From NCBI RefSeq assembly GCF_000150275.1, contig NW_002060943.1:10758209-10822208 (forward strand): a stretch of 64,000 nucleotides of DNA, read 5' to 3'. Under the pieces are notes generated by a model. That model saw only the letters and a program-made list of their open reading frames with translations. It ran no database searches and had not been told where the DNA came from. Each line of letters begins with the position of its first letter. Within the stretch, counting starts at the first letter, position 1. The DNA comes from Trichoplax adhaerens (Eukaryota; Animalia; Placozoa). The position numbers were made by a program, and so were the translations under genes. Below are positions 13,201-25,300 of this stretch, piece after piece.

Positions 13201-16200
13201 ATAACCTCAATTTTTCGGGAATAAGTGTAAGCTACTACTGTAGATGTTCAATCAGCCTCTAAAAGAAGTACACGTATGTAAAGTGTACGATATTAGTTAA
13301 ACTGCCTGTTAGTCCACGTTGAAATATGCGTATGTTTACTTTACTTAAATCTAAAATTTTAAACGTTTTTATTATATTATATTGCAAATATGAAAATGTG
13401 GCTGCTATTAAATTAACTTAATTATCAGTAGAGTCACATTATTATATACCAAAAATCTAAGTTAGCCAGAATTCTTTGCCAATGCAATTATAATCAATAT
13501 AACTAAAGCTATATTCTCAATCTAGATCGTTACAATACTTCATAGATTAGACGATAATTTATAATTAGTAAATATCGAATTTATACTCTTACATACAGTA
13601 TTTGAGAGATTTGAATGACTGTAATGAGAATTGTGCTACTGGTAATACGTATGAATAGCAATATATCATTAAGTTAGTGTTATGGAATACAACTATAATA
13701 TATGAAAGATTAATATTAGACTATTACGGTGTAAAGTGATATATCGCAAGAATATATTTGATTAGCTTGAATTTAGAAATAACAAAAATTTATGTAGTAT
13801 AAATACTACCAAAGTGTATATTAAATTATTACCGATGTTTTCTCATTTCACATTTCATAGTTAAAATAAGCTAAAGTATCGTTTTTGTATCTCTTAAGAT
13901 TAGCAGACTGCCTTCAATATGCAGCTATAGGAATACATTAGACTAATTTGAGGACATTTGTCGATCAAAGAATTAACCGCATAATTAAATATAACGCTAT
14001 GATTCATTATTTGCATAGTTTATTAACCCATAATTATACCAATTTATTTGTATACTGCTTTATGGCTTGGATAAAATAATGGTAACATTTCTGCTGACAG
14101 AATATAGTCCAATTTGATACATTTGGCGATGTTCATCCACATGTTACATATCTAGTTCAATATCAAGGTTTGTTAGTTCTAGGTTAATTTTAAAATGAAT
14201 CTATTACGATTTAATAGATATAGCAATGATTGTTTACTTTTTATTGCTTTTACTTTGAAACATGCAACAGACATTTTATCTATGAGATATTATTATCCGT
14301 TCTTTAAATTTCTTACAAATAGGTAACGTCAAAAGAACAGTTGCTACTATTTTGCCTAAAGAGAAACGCGTCGATTTCTTTACTACACCTCCGAATGTTA
14401 TAAGATGGGCAGGTTGAACACGATTTTTGACCTTAATGAGAATTATACTAGTCTTATGAAAATGTTAATATAATTAAACTTTTCTAGTACTGTAATACGT
14501 TATTAAGTTTATTGGTGAATAATAACAACTTTCTAATTGATATAGGTGCTGGACCCCCAGTAGATCGTATTAAATTAAAACAAGTTGATACAAGGCTTCC
14601 ACTACATGTTTTTATCATTATGGCCGCTCTATCATGTTTAGCCATAATTTTGACTATAGTTTTTATGATTTACAACAATAAATACAGAAACGCCAGGTGA
14701 TAATAATGTACTTTACTCGTTTCGAATAACACTGACAGCACGATGCAGTGCTTAAAAGCAAGATTTAATTAGCTTTAGAAACAGCATATTCATGTTAAAA
14801 TATGTCTAGTTGTACTTAATTGAAAGTAGCTGTAAGATAAAACAAACACGTAGTCACAAATAGTAATGTAGAATTAAGATATCTATAAATTTTACTATAG
14901 TAAATTAATTGAAGTATGTTTGAAGAAATAAAAGAATTTAATTAATACGGTACCTAAATATGTAATATAGAAGATCTAGAGTAAACAGCTCGTAATCTAC
15001 CTTTAATCAATTATCATCTTCACGTATACGTAAAATAACTGACAGAATATTATTTTGGAATTTTGATACAAAAAAGCCAAGAAATTTTCTGCTTATATAA
15101 GACTTTATTCTGTCATACTTTTAGAGTTATTAAAATGTCCAGCCCCAACTTGAATAATTGCATTTTAATCGGATGCATTCTATTGTACAGTTCAAACATT
15201 ATAAGTGGAACCATTAGTATTATATCATCCGCAACTTTATGTATGGTAAGTAATATAATACTTATTAGAAATATCCGTAGTAATTAGTGTTACGACTTCC
15301 AAATTTTGTAACAAGTACTAGATCTGCACTCAGCAAGGAGACCCAGTATTAAGTTGAAGAACTAACTTTATTGTTAAATAAAGAGTTTATATACTTTCTT
15401 TATTGTGACCTTTGATCTACTGACGTAGATCACAAGATCATCACTAACAGAAAGGTTTCCATAGTTTAGACATTACAAATAGAATATCATGCCAAGTATG
15501 GCAACGTGAGAATACATATATAGATAACCTTAATATAGTACCATAACTACATCTATATACGCATGACGTGATAACATCGTGATATTTAACTATATATAGA
15601 AAGAAGGTAACATACTAATTATGTAACTATTACAGAACGTGATATTAGCAAATTAATATCAAAATTATTCAAGCGTATAGTAAACACAATTTTCAATCAA
15701 TTATTATTATAAAAGGACGCAAACTCATTATACTACTGTATGTACGAGTATAATAGGGAAAATGGGGGTCTGCCAATGTTGCAATATAAGTTAGAACCTT
15801 AAATATATCACCAAAAGCACCTATGTGTATAAATACCGCATCATTAATTAACAGTATGTAGCAATAGACTAGTTTTAATGAATTTCTAATAATACACATA
15901 TTCATTAAAACTTATGCCTGCATATCACTTATTTGAGTGGTAAAATATAGCACTTTAGACTCTTTAATGAATATTTTTCAGATTTCATACATTTAATGAA
16001 CATATTTGTATACGATACGTCTTTGAGTAGTCATTTACATTATAAATTTATTTGTAACGAATGACTTAATTGTTATACTGTACCATCGAAAAAGTTAGCA
16101 CCATGGTTAACAATAATAGGATTTGCTACAGTATCTGGTTCTATGTTTGCTAAGACCTATCGAGCTTATAAAATTTTGACAAGCAGAAAAAGAATTAATG

Positions 16201-17261
16201 TAAGTGCTTTTGTAAATTTATTGTATATTTGTATTTTACTGGATCCATTCCTTTATGCAGATAGAAATAAAAATCTAGTTTATTCTATATATTAAATATA
16301 TAAGTATATATTAATATTGATTTCTTCTGTATATGCATAATCTAACGAAACGCCAAACTATTGAAATCGGATAGCCTATACATGATTATCATCTATATGG
16401 TATAGTAACAGTATTAATTCTTATGGAAACAATGGTATTAACGACGTGGACAGTAATGGATCCAATGAAGCCAGAGTATAGAATCTTACCTAGACAGGTA
16501 TTGTAATAAGTAAACTTTAGTATCTACGTGTGTAATTAAAAAGGAAACTAATAATTACGTTGCAGCAGTTAGACTTTTTACCTTGATAAATACACGTATA
16601 ATTATAAATGTTATATGTACTTGATTTTCTTCGGTACTAGTACTAGTTTTAAACATCTTAAATATATTATTAACTTTTTTCTAGACTTCTCCAAACAACA
16701 GCTTTATAATTTTAGTTCCAAGACTACTAGAATGTTCGTGCAAAAATTTTGTCATATGGCTGGCTATAATTTTAACTTTAAATGCATTCGTGTTAATTTT
16801 TGGCGCATTTCTAGCTTATGAAGCAAGAAATATTAAATTATCTGTTATGAATGAATCGAAACAAATTGCTCTTTGTATTTATAATGTTGCACTTTTATGT
16901 ATTATTGTCATTCCAATCTCATTTTTCTTACCAAATACATCTGGAGAAACATATATTGCATCGAGTGGATTAATACTCTATTGTACAACAACGACAACAT
17001 GTATTTTCTTCATCCCAAAGGTATTGACAGTATTTCTGATATACCATAATCTTATTTATGTTGGTAATAGCTCTATAGCGACTATGCGCAATATTTTACT
17101 GCCTACTTCAATAATGATTAGGATACTATTTAATATTCGTATCTATTAACTTTGAATTTATCAATTTATTACAGATTAAGTATAAACATGATGTCGTTTA
17201 TCCTAATGGGCGATTTTTCTCTGTTGGAGACAAAAGCACAAATACAAAGATCGACTCGTGA
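4258..17261 (+). CDS. GABA-B receptor-like class C GPCR, paralog 1 (signal peptide, Venus flytrap, 7TM; ~740 aa)
   Basis: GT-AG exons in continuous frame: 4258-4482, 4654-4791, 8535-8705, 8958-9065, 10813-10878, 11299-11496, 12984-13226, 14101-14167, 14323-14412, 14546-14696, 15125-15245, 16095-16199, 16375-16497, 16685-17020, 17175-17261. Motifs: LYLGGFFP, AIDDIN..DILPNYRL, YPFVFRT, AYDSIWA, IKMSSPNLN, FAKTYR, FGAFLAYEARN, NESKQIALCIYN, FFIPK. The last exon is least certain. Confidence 0.92.
6860..7407 (+). mobile_element. Solo LTR, family A (548 bp), in intron 2 of GPCR1
   Basis: TGTAATG...TATCACA ends, perfect 5-bp TSD CCACC (6855-6859/7408-7412), TATAAAA ~7248 then AATAAA ~7354. Near-identical inverted copy at 24015-24566. 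Confidence 0.9.
9819..10370 (+). mobile_element. Solo LTR, family B (552 bp), in intron 4 of GPCR1
   Basis: TGTTACG...TTGTGACA ends, perfect TSD AGCAT (9814-9818/10371-10375), TATATAAA ~10183 and AATAAA ~10244. Diverged inverted copy at 11880-12432. Confidence 0.88.
11667..11724 (-). mobile_element. Helitron-type 3' terminus (possibly a minimal element)
   Basis: Minus strand reads ...CCGTCagcaaagcGACGG-gagtttgca-CTAG|T: a GC-rich hairpin ~9 nt before a CTAG end followed by T. About 55 bp are shared with 25226-25279. Confidence 0.65.
11880..12432 (-). mobile_element. Solo LTR, family B (553 bp), in intron 6 of GPCR1
   Basis: TGTCACA...GCAACA on the + strand, perfect TSD GAGAC (11875-11879/12433-12437). 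Reverse complement of 9819-10370; the empty site is visible in the other R copies. Confidence 0.9.
12601..12712. repeat. Palindrome array (CATTCCTAGGAATG type)
   Basis: cggccattcttaag...cattcctaagaatggccg...caatcctaggaatgatcggcaattccta. Confidence 0.55.
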
Positions 17262-19319
17262 TCAAAATGGAGTAAATAATATTATAATTCTACTATTGAA
17301 TAATACACTTACCAAGCTACTGCATAATGATAAGACTTAAATTTAATGATCATTCTGAATAGTACAAATTCAATTTTAATCTCGCGTTAATGCGGCTATT
17401 ATATGAATTTTAATTATAGTATATAGCGAGCGTACTGTTCAATAATACGAAAACTCTCGAGGCATAGTAATAATTCTTAATTTTTAATGGTTTTCAGCAT
17501 TCAATATTGCAGCAGTAACTGCTAAAGGAACCATTTCGTCAGATATATTGTTATCTATATTGTTGCTAATTATAGATACGTCAATAGCTATATCGCTAAT
17601 TAAATATGTAAGCTATTTTAAAGATTTCTTTAATTATCGATATTTTAAAATTGCAGCTATGTAATCATTTTTAAGTATAGCAAAGTACCGTCTACACGAC
17701 ATACTAAGGTCTCTGAAACACTGTTGCAATGATGGAAAGGATTAATTAACCGGGCGTTTATAAGCTTAATTAGATCTGCGTTATGTAACAATTGAAATCA
17801 GTAAAAATTCAGAGTAGTTCAGAATCAGCCGCCTATGACTTGTCGATAAATACTACCTCGTATTAATAAATTTTTGTTATCCATGATGTAGCATAATCGA
17901 GGTATTACGACTTAAGATACTTTGAGCTAAGTTTGAAAGGAAAACTATATAAGAATTATGAATAAGCAATTATTTAGCTGACAAGGCTTGTTTTATCACC
18001 AATACAAAATTCATTTTGATAGTAAACGATAACAAAGTTTACAAGAATTTAAACCTTTCAACTACGATATCAGTCCATTGGAGAAATTTTACTACATTTC
18101 AAGCTACTACTGTTGTAATAGAATACTATATCCAATTTATGTGATAGTTTAAACTATAATACTTATTCGTAAATATTATAATTGGTGAGTTCTACTCATA
18201 ACACAATCTGAACTGTGATATTTACCTCATGATCATTCATTCAAAATTTGTATTCTACTAAACAGTTTTCAGTAAAAGAGAATACTTGATTATAAGGGAG
18301 TTTAAATCATTTAAAGAGCTTCTTTTAAAGAGAAAATACACGAACTCTGCTTACCGTAAATATACGTCATGTTGATTATGAATGGCTTGCTTCACAAGTT
18401 TGTAATATGTTTTCTAATGAGCTTCTACCAAAATTTACATGCTGAAAAATCAATTTTATAGCTAAATCATCAAGGCTATTGTTTCTTTCAATATGAATAG
18501 AGCTACCAATTAGGCGAAAAGCCTTTATATCTTTCCTACAGGCATGTTTAAGGCCTAAAATAGGTATACTAAGCTTGCTTTGACTCCAAAAAATTACATG
18601 ATAGTCTTATGACCACATACTACAAATTACGCATTTTGTATGATTTTATTAGACAACGATACTCCTTCATCAACAAGTGCAATAGTAAGCAGTAACTATG
18701 ATTTATAACCATAATTTCAGTAAAAATTACTTTAATTAATTTTTTATTCCTTTTTCATATTAATTAGCGACGTATTTCAACTTTTGGAGAGAAAATTTAA
18801 TCAAATTGTTATAAACCCTTTACTTATCATCTCTGCAGTTCTTCAATTTATGAAAGAGAACTTATCCAATATTAACTTTAGGCACACGATTACATAACAG
18901 AAGATCGTCACATCAGTGTCTACTTGTCAACAATTAAGGATACAGGTCTTTGGATTTATAACCCCAATTCAATCTTTTGATTTTTATGATATAAGACGAT
19001 AATAGATCGCCTAGATTATAGACGAGAAGTAAAATTGTCTAGGTGACATGATAACAATTAATCATTAATAACGTTTATTTTACTTTGTCTACAAAAATAA
19101 CATTAAAATTCGCGTTAGATTCGCATGTTGCTTGAACATGGTAGATTAATTAAGTTAATTTTTTTAAATGCCTTAGCATCGTAGCTAGCAATTAGACCAA
19201 ATTACCGAGTTAATTTTATTTAGTGGTAGATCTGAACTTCTTTCTCTTGTACTGTATTGTTTATAGGCATAATTTAACATTTGATCAGGCTAACTGACGA
19301 TGAATCAAATATTTAAAAG

Positions 19320-20230
19320 ATTTCGAGTATCAGGTTGTGACAGTGTTATATACCGTATTAGAGTAGAAATATCTATGTTAGGGTAATTTTGTTAGCCTAT
19401 CCTTATTTAGTTAACTTCTAATTGAACCACCTATCAGGGAGCAATATCTACTCTATACGAATTATCGCATTTATACACACTTTTACAATAGCAAAGATAT
19501 CCTAGTTAGTAATATTAACATTGAAACCTGATAATGAATCAAAAGCTAATTTTATCTACTGCTACCTAATGAAGACAACAGTATTTATGAACATCGACAG
19601 CGAATGACTAATACAAAATTGTTAGATTACAATATGTCCTATCACGGAACATTTCTACGATAATCTATAATCTACCATAAGTAAATTACAATCACAGTGA
19701 TTTGAATTCTAAGATTATTCTCGATTCCCTAATTAAACTGCTAATTTCAGTAGGCTTTATATATTACCATAAAAGCTAGTGCTATATTATTTAATATCAC
19801 ATATCTAAATTAGAAACTCTTCATATAAGGGTAAATCAACAAAATTATCGTAGAAATATTCCGTGATAGGACATATCGTAATCTGACTATTCTGTATTAG
19901 TCATCAGATGTCTATGTTCGTAAATACTGTTGTCTGCATTAGGGAATAGTAACTAAAATTTATGTCTAATTCAGTGAATGATTCCAAAGTTGATCGTACT
20001 AACTATGACTCATGAACTATTGAGGAAGAGTATATAAACGCAATATATCGTGTAAATAAAGTTAATTCTTAAACTTAGTGTTTAACGTAAAATATGAGGC
20101 GTCTTAGTCTTTGTATAGTCTGCCAGAAGAGCAAAAGCGTTCCTGATAGCACAGATATCGTTCCTTGATACGTGGTTCAAGGAATTGACTTATTGATCTT
20201 ACATTACGTTATCTCGTTGCAAAGCTGTTT
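19320..20230. repeat. Dispersed repeat family R, self-nested copies in opposite orientations
   Basis: 20230-19845 and 19420-19320 match R on the minus strand; 19430-19845 matches on the plus strand. 19505-19663 and 19845-20005 are reverse complements. Confidence 0.75.
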
Positions 20231-22305
20231 TATGACACGGGTGTGTTTGTTGCTGGGTCCGAATTAATATGCGTTATTTACCGAAAATATTTCGGTTATC
20301 ATTGCAGTTATTATTGAGCTCTCAATAGATAGATACGAGGCATATTTTCTAGTAAGTTTTTCACTCTAGTCAAAAAATTACGATGTTAAATAAATAGGAT
20401 ACACCTGACTCCGAGACTACGGTGCCTACCCTACGAAGCATAGTCATCATTCTAACGCCGTAATAGCGACTAATTTCATTAATAGTTGTGATAGACCATT
20501 AATTTATTTAGCCATTCATTTATCTATAGCTTTGTATAAGTCTATTCAGACATGTTTTGGTACATAAGATTTCTTCAAAGCTTCTAAATTGAAAACTGTT
20601 GCTACACTTGCTGAATAGTAAGGTCAACTGATTAGATGAGGCTACGTTCAGATTATTGTCGACTTTATACTTTCATAATCGTTAATTTTATATGTAGAGT
20701 CATTTACTTTGTTACTCTTGGTATGATTAATTATTCTAACTTAAGAAAATATTTAACAATTAATTAAGACTGCAGATGTTCAAATCGAATTATAAATAAA
20801 TTAATGGCATTAGAATATGTTATGTATTCTAATAACAATTTATAGGTCGCATACTTGCCTTAATTCTAGCTAAAATAGCTTCCGAAATTCTGTATCAATA
20901 CTCCAGAAATTTTATTCACCCTCATTTTAATTTATCTATTTATTATGCTAATAATTCGAATGCTGCAATACTTAAAAGTAATTTTAAAATTTGTATAACT
21001 TTATATAATTACAATCGTAAAGTTACGACATTAAGTGAAAAACTAGTTCAGAATTAGCTACCATGCAAAATTTTTAAATCAAGGAGCTTGTAACTTGATC
21101 AAGATATAAACTTCACTCCCGTATACTGCACTTAGAAATGAAAAACCGTGTAGAATCAACACTAATACTACTATTTTGCTTATCTCATATCCGACAAATT
21201 TTATTGTGTCTTTAAGTAGGATTGGGCGAGCTGAATTTAATTCGAATTTCAAAGCGAATAAGAAGGAAGTTGCAAAATACAGGTTGCCTGTTTTTAACGC
21301 AAGACAATAATTTTAAATTAATTTAACAAAGAGTACAAATTCAAATTATCTAACAACTTGTCATTCTTATGCCTATGTTAAAATCATATTAAATGAATTC
21401 TCGGAAAGTGCTCTACATAGACACATTACAGCCGGTACAGATATGGTAACGCGATAATTTAAGAGTATATGAACAAATGTGAAATTAAGGTAACTAGGAT
21501 TTCAGTGAACTAAACTTTGTAGTTCTTCGTTCCATAAGTTTAGCTAGAATAATACTAGATATACGAATTCAGAGGTAGCAACTAAGAGTGCGATAACCAT
21601 GAATCAGGGTCAATTTAAAGACAGTTATTCCGAGAAAATTAGTTGTACGAACAAAAAATTTATTTATATTGAACATAACATGTAGCTTTAAGCACTACGG
21701 TATAACTTATAGTAATATAACAATACCTAAAAAATATAAACCTAAATAAATAATAAAGCATTAGTGCAGCTAGTGAATGGTTATGTCCCTTTGTGCATGA
21801 GCTTGATAATAAATTTGGTAAACAGTAACAGACATCGTTTAAATTATTAATACGACCATAAAAACAACAAATCAATATTCTTCGATGATGTAACAACGTC
21901 ATCTGCGATGTTCGGAAATACATGTTATTAATTTATATAATAAATACAACGCACAGTATTACAGAACAAGTAACATAGTTTCCTCTTATAAAATCTCTAT
22001 TGCGATCTACTATAGATTTGGCATTATCCATCTTATTATTTCTATATTGTAATGTCATTAGTGCCATAAACTGATCCTATATTTATTCTGTTAGCAACGA
22101 AAAAATAAACTATGTTAAAAGAATTTCAATACGGATTATTACTTTTTTATTATTTTTCATGACGTATCCTACTTAACCCGGATACAATCACTGTTCATGA
22201 CCGTACATAGTTTCTGAAAATTTCAAACAAAAAATAGTTTCGGAATTCGAAAAAGGAGTAGAACTTTGGTTTATATTAATTGATCGTACAGTATAAGATT
22301 CTATT

Positions 22306-25300
22306 ATGTCTCTTCGCCAAGGTTGCCACGGACTATTAACCGTCTTACTATTAAATTTCATATTGATAATGCTATTCTCAATGTCAGCAAGTCGGTCCGA
22401 AAATTCTTCGAAGAATGGAAAGAAAACTATAACAATTACTGGACTTATCCCATTAACTGTACGCGAAGGTCAGTGGAATGCTATGGGTGCACTCCCTGCA
22501 ATAAAAATGGCAGTTCAAGACATCAATGAAAGCCCAAACATATTAAAAAATTATAACGTGAATTTACAGTGGGGAGATACACAGGTAAGCCAAATATTTC
22601 AGCGGATAACACAAATAATAATAGCTACGACATGATCATCAAAGTCGATTAATCACCTTATACATTGCTAGTATTTAACAAACGTAATCAGGACAAGCTA
22701 TGCCTACGGTATAAACTGTCATAACGCCTTGGGAAGATATTTATTATTTGATACATCAGCTAATTTTTGGTTATATATTTTTCATAACACGATTTTTCAA
22801 TAAGACAATAATGCGATTTCAAAATTTGAGCATCTCTTAATCTGAAAACGACAAGCGATAGTCTGTAAATGTAGTGTATTGTGATGATATATTAAATACT
22901 AGCCTATTCCCCTATGCTTTACGAATGAGATTTCTTATAATATTAGCTGATGTTATACTCAGTACACAGTCGTATCTGACTCAATCTAGCAGAAAATTGC
23001 ATCTTACTGTTACCTGACTATCATAAGAATACCATACGGCAACTAAAATCCTGTAGCCATCATTATCTAAGAGATTATGAAAATTATAAGATAAGTCAGT
23101 TTAGTACATTTTTGAAGGGCTAAAAATCCGTTCACTACGAAGGATCGCAAGCATTAATAGTTTTCGTACCTATTTGGATCGAACTTACGATAAAAAGGAT
23201 AGTTAGATACGACTTAATATAGAGATGGATGCTTTCGATATCATAATAAAGTTCTCTGAAGGTAATTATTGTTGATTAATAATGAATCAATCAAATTCAG
23301 TGAGATTTTCCTACCTCCTCATTTGACAATTTATGCCAATATGGCGCCTTTAAATAGAGAAATTTGATGGTCATTGTTATGACCAAATTAACTTAGCATG
23401 GGGAAGTATAGGAGGGATATATTTATTTCATTTTAGCGAGTTTACAGTAGTATACTGTGGCTACCACATTAATACTTTCTGGAAAAAAAGCTTAGAGTTA
23501 AGCTATCAATTCAAGTGCTTTGCAGAGATCTTGATGTTATCGTAATCAGAGAACCATCATGCTAGTACGCCTAAATTAGTCTAGTAACTTATCATAAAGG
23601 CTCAGAAAGGTTATGTCCTCTTCAGGCTACTGCATATTACTAAATTAACAACCGAACCGTAAAATCAGTCGATGTATTATCTGCGAATATGATACTGTAT
23701 TCATTGAATGCATAGTGGACTGATATCCATACATTAGAAGATAAATAGAGCGATAGGATTTGCATGATATTCTAAAAATTGATACGCTATCTCGTTTATA
23801 GCATATCCGTAAAAATAATTATGCAATTAAATTTCTATAAAGGACAATTCTGGAGTTTAGCCTTTATCACAAATTTAACTGCTCCAGCTCGTCAAATGGC
23901 GCCAAGTTTTAAAGTTTAGAAAGTACTATTTTGCAGCATAGTTAGAAAAATTGCACGGTGAACTTAAGTATTCAATTACTATTCTGCTCGTATAAAATAG
24001 CTTAAATTAGTTGGTGTGATATATACCAATCACGAAATTCCAAATTTTAGAAAAATAAGGGCTTTTATTGAATCTTATACAAAGATTAACTACACAGCTC
24101 TACTCTAGCCGAATACTACTGCTAAAGACTTCTAGAACGAACTAACAGAATAATCTAAAGTTGCATGCTTTTATACTTTCCGTAGCATTCGCAGCTACAA
24201 TCCGCATGGCAACCTTTTACCTTATTTTACACATAGTTAAATTATTCTTAGTAAGACTATTTTACTGCGGACCATCATTAATCCAATATGGATACGACTA
24301 CAGTACTTACGTAGACACTATTCACACTAGCCAAAGTACAATGAATTAACCATATCCTAATATATGATTTACAGTTCTATTTTTACCTATAACCTTATTA
24401 GTAACTCAACAGCTTACTGTATATAGTCATCTGTACTCTAGCATAGAGTCTATACCACTACAGTCTATAGTTATAGCTACCAGATATCTCTTAGGATAAA
24501 TATCTACCGTAACATTATACTACACATGGCTAACAGTCTACAATCACAATACTAAGTTACATTACAGTTGGTTAAAGGTAAAACAATTTCGAAATGCCCG
24601 TTATTGTCATAACACATTTTCAAGCCTATGGGTACTTGAAAAGCTGTATCTAGCAATAGTACATACAAGTAAATACACTTGCAACCGCGTCCTAAACGCT
24701 TTAAGATTACGCTTTATTCTATTCGAAAAGAAGACAGAAAAGATTTATTATCATATTTCTTATCAAAGATAGCTAAAGGAGAATAATTTCAATATCTACC
24801 GTTATATCTTAGTAACCGTAGTCATGATAAAATCTGACATAAATTAGTACTGTGTAAGACTGATTCATAGCAGAGTGAAAACCTAAATTTTAGAAATGAT
24901 CTAAGATCACGCAGTTTTCTGAATGCACTGACATACAATACTATTTATAGTCAGTTAAACCGCTTCTGTATCTTACAGTCATAAATGAACAGCTCTGATA
25001 ATTGTTAAAAGTACGCCTATAACGAGATCATGTTGATAATAACTTACTAGATTCGGATATACAAGATAAACAATATGCCATCTTGATTAATTGGCGCTAA
25101 CGAACTTAGAGCATTAACTGTAAATGGTACAAGTTTGAGAATATTGTCACTACTAACGCCATTATCAGAACAATCAATTTATCTATAACTGTTACTTATT
25201 ATCTGTTATCATCGTTTCAAAGTAACTAGTGCAAACTCCCGTCGCTTTACTGACGGTTTACGATAATGTGCTCATTTAATATCTTTTACGATATTCATGG

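Noticed and set aside
15307-15477. Possible 171-bp solo LTR (TGTAA...TTACA) in GPCR1 intron 11
   Set aside because: Flanks AATTT/AATAG do not form a convincing TSD and there is no second copy in the window.
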